DNA from: Balanoglossus misakiensis
Taxonomy: Eukaryota > Animalia > Hemichordata
Length of the DNA: 64,000 nt
Direction of reading: 5' to 3'
NCBI GenBank assembly: GCA_040954595.2
Contig: CM082590.2
Span: 10,132,088-10,196,087, forward strand
Positions 34,883-45,965 of the stretch are shown here, piece after piece. A program made the position numbers and the translations under genes. How positions within the stretch are numbered: the first letter of the stretch is position 1; every line of letters starts with the position of its first letter. The notes under the pieces were generated by a model. That model saw only the letters and a list, made by a program, of their open reading frames with translations, was not told where the DNA came from and ran no database searches.

Positions 34883-37131
34883 ATATTTATGAATCTATTT
34901 CATATTCATCATTCGAGATATGACGTCCACAGTGCGCTCCGTTTCTCAGAATCTGATAGTATCGTTATCAAAAAGCCATCTGGCACTGCGCCCGACCCAC
35001 ATCAACTCACCGAGTTATTTCTAAAAATGGATGACACGCGACCACACGCGCTGATCGTCGCCTGTTCTTGCATAATATGCACAAAGAACATTGTAACTCG
35101 CTGGGACTTAGTTTCATACGCGATTTTGACCTGCACCTGTTTCATAAGTTACGCTTAACTTTATGCTCGTTTTTTGCCTCAAACTTTATGTTTAATCCCA
35201 AATCTGAAAATCAACGCAATGGTTCATATCGACAGAACGTTAGTCATATTATTTTATATAAAATAATTTTAAAGAAAAAAATATATAGGCTGGAGAAGAC
35301 TACCTAATCCGAACATCTGAGTATCAAACGCTTATATGTATTTATGCACTATGTGTTTCGTCATTATCTACCCAGCATTTTTGTGAATTAATTTAATTTA
35401 TTTTATTTTTTTTAAATTAAAAACAACATTCGCAAATTCAAGGCGCGGGCAAAATCATTAACAGGTTTTAAGGTGGGTGTGTTTTCTAATAATTAGATTT
35501 TACAATTTTTAACATTACATTTAACACTTTCTAAGTATTAGAAGAAATTCTCAATGGCGATAATCGCTTTATTCACTAAACTTTGCGTTTCTGTTCCTCC
35601 CAAACGGGTAGATTTGGTTGTTTAGCTAATTGCTCGTAAGTGGACTTCAACAAGATGTTTAACACTTTGGTGTTTCTCACGCTAATATTTATACGGTGCG
35701 ATATGGCGGTGGCTAAAGATAGAAAACCGGGCATTAAAAATGGCGGTGGTTGCACGCGACGAAATTCGAAGCGCGCGCTTGCCGTGAGAAACGATAAGTG
35801 GCGGGTCTGTTACGATTATTTATATCATTCGCGAACGTTCACATTTCGTAACTATGAATAAAATTATATTTCTTTTCTCTCAAACTGATTCACGATGCAA
35901 CAGAAACAGAAATTGTTAGTTTCATTCGCTGGTAGCTATTTCGTTAGTTCCTCGCTCTATACGAGATGCTTCAACGACTCGGAGAATCTAATAAGACGAT
36001 TATTTCGGGTTTGAAGAATTTAATCGGCTTAAATTGGCCAAACGATTTCTTTTTGTTTTCGTGATGGTGGCTCTGACGGACAATAAATGTCACCCACGCA
36101 CGACAATACGGCTAGATTAATATGATATCCATCCCTTTTGTATTTAAGTTAACACAATAATTATAATACATGATAAAACAGATTGTTTGGCGAGATGTTT
36201 TGAGCGTATGCATTGACAGAGGCATGCGTTATGCAGATCACGTGCGTGTGGCTTCGGGTCGGTGAAAACATCTACTTTTAATACAAGCTGTTGTTTAAAT
36301 CACGTGACATCAACTCTCATAATGTAAGATTAGTTACATGTTTTCTGATGGGACTGGAAAGTTTAACTTAGTGACAAATGTTTATCATTGATTAAGTATT
36401 TCAATGGAAACAAAGACATTTCACTGCACAAATGTTTAATGGCCTCATGCGAGAACCAGGGATAGAATGTTTCCCCTTTAAAACAGGTTTACAACAACAG
36501 GAATAATGTTAGTATAGACAGTCGGTTTTGAGTGGTGTGCGTGCGTACCCGCTGGATTCAAGATCTAGAAACCAATGTAATATACATACAAGATGCTGAA
36601 AGGACCACTTTCTTAAAACAAAGAAACCAAACATTTAAATATCAATAGATTAGTGCACTATAAATAACTTAATTAAGGGGCTCTGATTAGAATTGGAAAG
36701 GGAAGTTAAGTAGCAGAGACATGTGGTTAAGGGGTAATGCAACCTGTTCACAGCTCGCACCATGAAAGTGAATACGACATTTGCATATTTGTTTTGTTTT
36801 AGGAGAATTCCATATCCGTTAAAACTAAAGAGGGTTACCTTCTTTTGAAATTGCTGCAAAGCTGCAGACATGGATCAGAGCGGGGAGAATTTTGTAACAA
36901 TGAAAATTACACTCATTTGAGATATGTATTAAGTGTATTTTCTTACATCATGGCATATGACTATATGAGTTTATTATATGTACAAACGCGGCTAGGCTGT
37001 ATATGCTTATGACGTCACTGTGTTTTGCTTTCCAGCTGAACATTCGTGAACATTTATGAACATGTTGGGGCTGTATTTACCTGTGCAAAGAGAAAGACAA
37101 CCAGCGTGCACCGCCTTCCCACCTGTGAAAG

Positions 37132-37150
37132 TACCGCCCCCTAGCGGCCG
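37132..37150 (-). promoter_or_regulatory. CTCF-binding motif (candidate Hox/Evx boundary)
   Basis: Minus strand reads CGGCCGCTAGGGGGCGGTA, close to the CTCF consensus TGGCCACCAGGGGGCGCTA, with all strongly conserved core positions matched. Confidence 0.65.
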
Positions 37151-38232
37151 TGGATCTCCACAGGGTGTCGTGAACTTGGAAAGGGGGGGGGGTGTTGTGG
37201 GCCAAATAGAAAAATAAATGGGGGCTAACAAAATCATTATTTTGTGAGGCGATCTAAAAGTGTGTGAGAGCTACACTTTGATAAAGTGAAGGATGCAATG
37301 GCGTTCACTGCGTTACAAGAATTGGACGATAACGATTGCGAGTAGGCTTTTTAGCGGTGTAATTAATCAAACATGCTCGTCAATTTTGAATTTGAAAGCT
37401 CAGATTTGACATACAGCATATCACAGTTTAGGTTTGGTATGGATTGTTTCACGTCAAAGGCGAAAACTATCCGCAGCTTCACAGAACGAACACAATACTC
37501 ACAAAATCGCAAATATGGTATTATCGGCAAATATCGAGGTAAAAACCACGCGAATAAATGCTAAATTAGACAACTTAAAACTTCCGGTATCGAATGATGG
37601 TATAAAAGATTTCATTTCTTGCATCCGACCGACGATTTGCCAAAGGACGCTTGCCTGTTAAAACCGTCGTCTAGAGTTTAGTATCGAGGAATTTTAAAAC
37701 AACGATACACAGATTCCGAAAACTTATAACTTGGAGATTGTGTCCACCGAGCGGTGACTAAACGAGAACGTTATCAGTGAGTTGCTTGGTACTAATGGAC
37801 AAAACGTCGCAGACATTAGATTGCGGCAACTGCGCCAGCCGCCTGCCGTTAATCGCAACAAATGTTTCGTTTATCCACTGGTTTGATACGTCCAAGAAAA
37901 TCTGTCGTTTTTTCCAACAAATTTTGGGTCAGATTGACACCAATGGACATTATGGTCACAATTATTCTGTTCTAAAGAAACCCCTGGATAAAAAATTATC
38001 GTTTGGTGTAAAAATGTATCGCTGATATTTTTGGCAGAACATAGCGTCCGGTGGGCAAGCGTTAAATGTGGTGTTAATCCACTTGTATTGGAAGTACTTC
38101 TGGTTGGCTTTGCATACGGTGATAGCAACCGACACTTTTGATTTAATCGCATCAAGGCGCACGCGACTACTCATTCTGTAAACGACAAATCAGTTGTCGG
38201 GGGCGGCCATTTTGATGGTGCACACTCGCGCG

Positions 38233-38296
38233 CGACCGGGCAGACGACCAACGTCACGAACTCCGACCGGGCAGACGACCAACGTCACGAACTCCG
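38233..38296. repeat. Perfect 31-bp tandem duplication
   Basis: cgaccgggcagacgaccaacgtcacgaactc x2 (38233-38263, 38264-38294). Confidence 0.95.
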
Positions 38297-38687
38297 GTCG
38301 GCCCCTCGTGCTGGCTGTCGTCGTGATAAAAATACACGCATGTTGACAAAGAGCACGAGCTTCCCTTAAGCCACACTGCATGCATGAGTGAGATTTAAAA
38401 ATAGAACATTTTTCCCTGCTCTGTAAAAATTTATGCTGGTATGCCCAGAATAGTGAATTTTGTTCATTTTTTTACTGAGCGATATTCATATCAGACCTCG
38501 AGGGAGAAGTTTTCGTCCAAAAATATCAAGAAACATCGTCTCATAGCTGGAAATTTCACCTCGGTTTGTCGCCCAATCTTTCTGATAGTATAGAAGCGAA
38601 AATGAGATTATTGGATTTAATAAGGACTACGGAGTTGCAGCATTCCTGGTCAAGCCGGGCTATTGCCGCACTACCCTACTATCACGG

Positions 38688-38898
38688 AAGATAAAATTGA
38701 CTAAAATGTTACAAGATAAAATTGACCAATATGTAACAAGATACCCCAAAAGTGACTAACATGTAACAAGTTCCACATGACTAAAAAGTAGCAAGAAAAA
38801 ATTGACCAACGTGTAACAAGATCCAACAAAAGTTACTTATATGTAACAAGACAACATTGACTAAAATGTTACAATTTAATTGACTAAAGTGTAACAAG
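38688..38898. repeat. Degenerate minisatellite, 8 units of 23-30 bp with an 80-bp higher-order period
   Basis: Unit core ttgactaaaatgt(t/a)acaag; unit ends at 38715, 38740, 38770, 38795, 38820, 38850, 38875, 38898. Confidence 0.85.
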
Positions 38899-39971
38899 TA
38901 AGGTAATTGATTTCTCCAATTGAAAAAAATGACAAGTTGATCAAGTTTTCAAGTATAATGCACAGAGTAGATCTAACTACAACGCGGACCAGAGGGCGAC
39001 TGTTTGTGGCGGGTTGGAAGAAAGCGCGCAGGACGCCCGTTAAATTGGAACGGCCGGCCGCCTGATAGTGCTAATCTAATCGGGCGATATGTTCCCCGTA
39101 AGTGCCGTTTGTGCGTCTAAAAAGCACAAGTTCAAATCTTTGCAAGAAAACATGAATTATCCATGACTTGTTTGTTTATTCTCCGAAGCGGGTACAACAA
39201 GTCAAATAAGGGTTGGCTTCATGTGTTAGAAAGCAACGTGGTTCAGTCCATTGTCTATATCAGGGGATTTTCTGAATAGCTTTTGTTTTCCTGACAATAG
39301 GGATACACGGATCGTGCCAATGTCACACATAGGGTAGTTAAAATATGCGTTTGAATGAGTTGTAATAATGTATAAATCGGTGTGTCATAGGGGGTTCCCA
39401 CGCGTGTGCTATCAAACAAAAACATACGGGCAGGCCTGTCAATGATAGACCATCATCCCCCTTTAGGATCACGTGACCAGGGGAAGTGACTGAAATACAT
39501 ATGTTAGGTAAAGCTCAGAAGGGTATCACCACTCATCACGGAGGACGTCTGCTCGCACACACCAGCACGGCGGTCGCACACGCGCACGCACGACCTATTA
39601 CTCAGATTTCAACCGAAGTGGTACTCAGGAGCCTAGTGTTATATTTTGGGGTTCCACGCCAACTGCTCTTGGCAGATTCGACCAAGTTCGCTGAAAAACC
39701 CAGTGTGCCGTGCAGTGGAAATCCATCGTCCCGTTCTCTGACAGTTTTTTGCCACGGGAACAACATAACTGTGTGTCCGGGCATCTGATCAACTGCTCCC
39801 GCTAGCGAGGGACGCTTCACACCCTTCTTTCTCAACCGAGACCTGGCCCGCCTACTCAAGCAAAACGAGTCTCACAGATTTGAACAGTTGTTTTCAACGG
39901 GAACCATTCATCTTTTCTCGAAGGCGACCCGTCACCGTCATTCACAAAGCCCTCATCCGGACTCACTTGAC

Positions 39972-40323
39972 ATGGAGTCCTTCGCCGAGAAACCAGTGAA
40001 AGAATTCAGCAACCACAGCATCGTATCCCTCACAAGCCACGAACCACAAAAATCGACGCCGGACGCTCACAAACTCAGCATGCTCGCAAACAGTCGCCAA
40101 CTGGAAGAGACGGCATGCTACATCTCGAACTGTCCAAGCCCCGGATCTGACGACGGGTCTCGATCGACAGTCGACAACGAAGACGATGAACACTTAGTCG
40201 TCGACATCGATGACAGAGCAAGCGACATCACGATCGGGGAAATGTCCAACAGTGCATCGAGTACTCCGAAAAACACAGACCATCACCAAAACAACATACA
40301 ACAGAACTATTTCCACTATAAAG
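39972..40323 (+). CDS. Evx: Even-skipped homeobox gene, exon 1
   Basis: ATG in gacATGG context; MESFAEKPVKEFSNHS...NYFHYKG; donor AAG|GTAAG, phase 1, matching exon 2. Confidence 0.8.
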
Positions 40324-43300
40324 GTAAGAACAAACCTACATAACTGAAGAATTACTAGTACATTGATATTAAATCTCCCGAATTATATGGGAAGACGATT
40401 AGCTCTTAATTTTATGGCTTAAATGTACCATTATGATCATCTACAAATTTAACGATTTAAAGAAAATCTATTTCAACAAATCTCTCCCCTCTCCTTCTCT
40501 CTCTGACAAGACAATATAAGACAAGACTAACGACGCGAATACTTTACAATTTCATACTCTAAGTATGAAGAATTCTGTGATATTACACGAAGAATTCTAG
40601 AACTGTTAAGAGTGAACAACGGGAAACATAACTGTAATCAAGATTTTGGTTCCATTGACACTTGACGTGTACTTGAAAAGCCCTGTACAAACTGAAAAAT
40701 GGTGCGATGGTTCGTTGCCACACTTGAAAAATACCTGTATCAAATGCAACCGCGAGCAAGTCAGTCCTATCCGTCTGGAGTCGATTTATCAGAAAAAAAT
40801 GTGAACTATCGTTAATTCTATTATTCGCTAATCCTAGATGAAAGTTATACAATCCCGTCGCCTAATATAAATTCGTTTCCTAACTCGCTCGCTCGCCGTA
40901 AAGGAACGTTTGCTTTTTCTTCCTCTTCCCGATTCCCTTTAACACCTTCGTATCCCGAAACCTTTTATTTTAATTTTCGACCAAGTACCTCTAATAGAAC
41001 AGACGTGTGTATGAAAAAAACTGGTCACTTCCACGTCTGATTAATTTTAGCGTCTGTTGTTCGAGTCCAGGCGACGGACCAGACACTTCCTCCTAAGAAA
41101 CCCGGGTCCACTGGTCTATATAACAAACAAAAAACCACGGTAGCTGACATGAAAACTAGATCGCAGTATCATCATCAAAGAATCTTAATCGTAAATTCCT
41201 ATACTCTTTCCTCAGAAGTAGTTAGTGACCAAATTTAATTAACGATACTAATTAACAGGTTCCTTTACACAGACCGACAGAAGATCTCAATTGACAGTGA
41301 GACAATGCCTGACATATCTTCTACGGCGCTCTCGTAGCGTTCTCACGATTCGGAATTTTTAACAGTAGGTGTGAAGTCGGCGGGCGCGGTCTGATACAGA
41401 TGAACTCTGCTAATAAACGCAACACTAATTACAATAAACTAGAGGTATTTTAACAACCAGAGTACCTTTAAGAAATGCCATTTTATTGCCAGTGTCTTGT
41501 CAAGTCATGTCCGACGCGAAACAACCAAAATTAGAATGACTGTTAAAACTATCTCTATCTCCCTCCTTCTGTACAAAAATTTCGTCCCACCAAAGAAAAC
41601 CAAATACATCAGGGAAAAATTGTGTAGGAGTCATTATTACTGTTTATTTGTTCCGTAGGCGAAAGAAATCATTACGAAATCAAACGACATGAATAAATCT
41701 CGCATACAATCTCGGGAAGCAGAAGGTCCTGTCAGGTTTTGGGCTCGTGATTATCTTCATAAGCACTGACGAATGTAATTTTCACTCAGGTGTTAGGACG
41801 AGTGGGGTATCCAATTGTCATTTTGATATTTAGAAAATGTGTAAATGTTGCAGGGAAGAGCTATGTATTATTTATCGTTGATCAATTTTATTTTTCTTGT
41901 GTATGTTTACACATAGTTTGGTTTTGTTTTGCTTTGTTGTCTTTTACGCAAAGTGGATCTTACGTTTCTGTCAGACCTCTGCGTATTTGTCATGGCAACC
42001 AAGCAGGTAGCAGCCGGGGTTAATGATTTGGCTTGCGTTGTGCTGTCCACCCACCGTCACCCTTCAACACAGCGTTACGCGTGGCATTTTGTCTCGTGTC
42101 AGGCTTCGATTTAAACCGGCTATAAATTCGCCAGTGCCCGCAGACCGGTCACCTGTTCTCGGTTGGACGGAACTTTGGAAACGCTCTGAAAACCAAACCC
42201 ACTTCAAACTCAGAACTCCATTACAAATTTCCGTGCATGGCAACGTCAGACTTGTGTCACGTGGAGGGACCAGAACCCTCTTTTCGTTTCTGTTTGTTCA
42301 CCTCTTCACAAACCATTATGAGACCGATGAATAAAATTATTAGCTATTTGCGTGTCAAAGAAGAACTATGGACATGCAAGATATCGGTCTGGCCGAGCCA
42401 TATGGTCCCTGATAAAACATCCTTTGTGAGGCGTTCGCGCCGAATGAAAAAAAAGTACCGCCATATTATAAGTAAATCGCGCGCACTTTCTTTACTCGTA
42501 TAAATTATACGACCCAACAAACACGGTCTCCACAAATGCCTGTGAAAATAAGTCATAATATGTATTTGGCCACCTTTGTTTGGCGTTCTTGTTCCTCCAA
42601 GCTCCGATACACCATCACCACCAGCAACTTTTTTTCTCCAGGGTTGTTCACAGCCTGTGCCCCCAAAATGTACATTTTTATCTCTCATGCTAATGAGGTT
42701 AGTACTGAACGGTTGGATCCATTAAGTCCGGTTTTCCAGTTGATCTACCGTAAAATGCGGCTCTGTTATTCCCGCTATGGATACGCTATCCAAAGAAAAG
42801 ATCGGTCCCCCTTTCTTTTAAGTTTCAATATTTTCGTGAATGCTTCCTTTGTCGTGTGTCACGATTGTCCACAACATGACACAGAAAAACACTAAAATAT
42901 GGTTTCACGGAAAATTAAACCTATTATCACGGACTGAATGCCAGTATTGGTACATGCGTGTAACTTAACGTCGATATCCTGAAAAATATGTAATCATTCA
43001 GCAAGCGTGCTCAAATAATTGGCAAACGAAACCTACCACGATTTCATGGGGGCGGGGGTCGAGTCATCGCCTATAACTAAAATCCATTATATTAATTAAT
43101 AATTTCACACATTATAATGAGAAAACATTCACACCAGTCGACATGCTTAACCAGTCATTATGTCCTAAAAAATAATAGGTGTATTTTTAATGCAATTATT
43201 GTTTGCTAACCTATAAGTTAAGAATTTTTTATTTACTAATATTGAAACATTTTAACAATCCCACCAGGGTATCAAAATTCAGTACACATCGATTAGTATG

Positions 43301-44655
43301 TATAGTTGTATTTTCTGGGTGAACAGAAATGAGTTGAGTTAACAAGAGCTCGGGCACGCCACGGGCGTCATACGAAAAGCCTGTTTTATTCGTTCAGAGT
43401 AGAAATAACCCTACCATCAAAAGCTTTGACTTATAACAGTATTTCAGGAGTGTGTTATTTTTGACTTAATTTTATTCATACAAAACAGCTCTTTTCTGTC
43501 GTTTTGAATGACGGTCGAGCGAAATTCGCAAAAGGTGCGGGCAGCATTTGGTTGTATTTTCGTACGTATTATAAATGACTTCATCAAAGAGCATATGATA
43601 TGCATATTATCTTTCTGTTACAGAGCTAGTTAACAAACAACAAAGTGACCATGCTTGAAAAGAATGTTGCTGTTGATTCACCTCGAAATTAAGTAGGGAT
43701 TATCATCTTTTTGGAAATGTTTCTTCCTCTATGATATATAAGACCCGCGCAGGGAACACACTCCTTACAAAGATTACAACAAATTTCACCTTTTTTCACA
43801 ATGTTCCATTAAATAATCACCAAAGTCTTTTTTGATCGCTTCTAATAAATCCTACAGTCTTCAAATTTAAATAATGGCGGACTCAATCAGATGTAGAAAC
43901 GTATATGCTGATTTCTTTCGGAAACACTCACATGGCTGATGCACAAATCAACATGGACCACAGAATTACTGAAACGACACGTTCAAAACCAGTTTTCACC
44001 GAACCAATATGCTTGAAGAAAGTTCCGAAAATGAACACCAATGCATATTTAATCCAAAAAAGACAACAATTATTCCAGCAAGTTGAATCTCCGGTTCAAA
44101 AACCTAAAACACAAAGCCCGACATTAAAAATAAAATACATCATGAGACATGAGGCTGACGCGTGCGCACTCTCTATATTTGGAGAATCTCACAACGTGCC
44201 ACCTACCCGCATACTTGGACCCGGGTCACACAAAATTCTGGAATTTTACCCCGGTTCCATATTTTGCCCCGATGGCGACCATGGCAGGGACTGATCACGG
44301 TTTTTGTGATCAACAACATGTGCTGGTAGTGGCAATGCCATGTTATTTTCTAACTACAACTTTCCAACTTAAACCGTCTAGTGGTATTTTTTAGACAACT
44401 TACTCCAAAAGGTCGCTTTTTTGTCTGTTTATCATTATGAGCAGCGAGGACATAATTATTAATTTTCACTTAGGCGAACCAATAACACGTTATTACGAAA
44501 ACATAAATAAAGTTGGCATTTTCGCGGGTACGTGTTGCAAAATTTAGTTTTAACAAGCGACGTTTTAATGAATATGAAATAAGTCAGTTATCGAAACTCT
44601 GACCTTTTATCACGTTGTTCAGATGCTGAATACTGGGGGCGGGAATTGGTCAGGA

Positions 44656-44672
44656 GAGAGGGGGACAGACAG

Positions 44673-44735
<63 letters not shown>

Positions 44736-44746
44736 CAGACAGACAG
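44656..44746. repeat. (GA)n/(GACA)n microsatellite in Evx intron 1
   Basis: Direct reading. Confidence 0.95.
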
Positions 44747-44914
44747 AATGCTGTAAACTTTCCCGTGTTTTGTTTGTGTCTTTATTGTGAGGCGGGTTTT
44801 AATTGTTTTGGGTGTTTGTTCGACCAACGGCATTTCGTTTTCGAGTTTCGAGGAAATTCTCGTGCTATTTATTTGCCCTGTAAACTAAATTGGCTTCTCT
44901 TCTCCCCACTCCAG

Positions 44915-45072
44915 GAGACAATAACCTCGACCAGCCCAGGAGATACAGAACAGCGTTCACCAGAGAGCAGCTCGGGAAACTAGAGAAAGAATTTCTACGA
45001 GAGAACTACGTGTCCAGGCCGAAACGATGCGAGCTGGCTGCAGCGTTGAATCTGCCGGAAACTACGATAAAG
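44915..45072 (+). CDS. Evx: Even-skipped homeobox gene, exon 2 (homeodomain positions 1-46)
   Basis: cttctcttctccccactcCAG acceptor; [52 protein letters not shown] is diagnostic of Evx; donor AAG|GTAAGT, phase 0. Confidence 0.97.
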
Positions 45073-45452
45073 GTAAGTCGTTCAACAAGTATTACAACAA
45101 TCAAGTATCCTCGAGAACTACTTGTGGGATTATCAATAACCGGATGTTGATTCATTATTCATTATTATAATCTTAAAATTGACTCGTTTGTTCAAATTAT
45201 GAGAGTGGTGATGTGATATCCCCCCCCCCCCCTCTCACTCTATCTCTCTCTTCTGTGTTTTGTTACACTTGTTTCATGTGTTTGGTTTTATCGTGTGTTT
45301 TTTTAACAGCCTTTTGGTTTATCTATTTTTAGTTTCTTCTGGCTAACCGTATTTATGCCTAATTTTATTTATGTGACCGTGTTTGTTTCTAATACGGTAA
45401 TCCGCCAACTGGGGCCAAGACTGACTCAGTTTTTGTTTTGTTTTCGTTAAAG

Positions 45453-45965
45453 GTCTGGTTTCAAAATCGTCGAATGAAGGATAAACGGCAGCGGATGGCT
45501 CTAGCATGGCCGCACCCAGCTGATCCGAGTTTCTACACTTTCATGTTGAACGCCTCCCGTTTCGGCTATCCCGGCATGCCTCTGCCCTACTATCCACCGG
45601 GCATGACGTCATTTCCGGCCGCCGCGCCTCCCCCTCCGCCGCCGTCTCCGGCATCGATGTACAACAACTACGCATTACACCTGCGCAACAGGGCGGATTT
45701 TCTGAGAAGCCTCTCGCATCCGTACGCTCGTCTCGGCGGATCGGTCGACATGCTTCATCGCGGCGGCGTGCCGCCGTATTCAAGACTACCCACGTCTGTT
45801 ACGCCACCCTGCTCGTGCCCGTACGGAATTCTGTGCACGCGCTCCCACCAGCAAAGCTCGCCGTGTGCCCCGGACTGTCACGTAACCTCTACACCGATCT
45901 CGCGAGAATCAACCGAAACGACACCCCTGACTAGCACATCTACGAGTGGTCATTTTTCGTCATAG
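45453..45965 (+). CDS. Evx: Even-skipped homeobox gene, exon 3; spliced protein 340 aa
   Basis: T-rich tract + AAG acceptor; [32 protein letters not shown] is the Evx signature; Pro-rich C-terminus; TAG at 45963-45965. 352+158+513=1023 nt. Confidence 0.97.
   Translation, partial: VWFQNRRMKDKRQRMALAWPHPADPSFYTFMLNASRFGYPGMPLPYYPPGMTSFPAAAPPPPPPSPASMYNNYALHLRNRADFLRSLSHPYARLGGSVDMLHRGGVPPYSRLPTSVTPPCSCPYGILCTRSHQQSSPCAPDCHVTSTPISRESTETTPLTSTSTSGHFSS

Noticed and set aside
38688-38898. Repeat array superficially like a CRISPR array
   Set aside because: Eukaryotic locus, degenerate contiguous units, no unique spacers, no cas genes
21159-39971. Additional homeobox gene, Hox pseudogene or Hox-cluster miRNA (mir-10/mir-196-like) between Hox11/13b and Evx
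   Set aside because: No WFQNRR-like coding remnant and no miR-10 or miR-196 mature sequence were seen on either strand by eye; a novel miRNA cannot be excluded without small-RNA data
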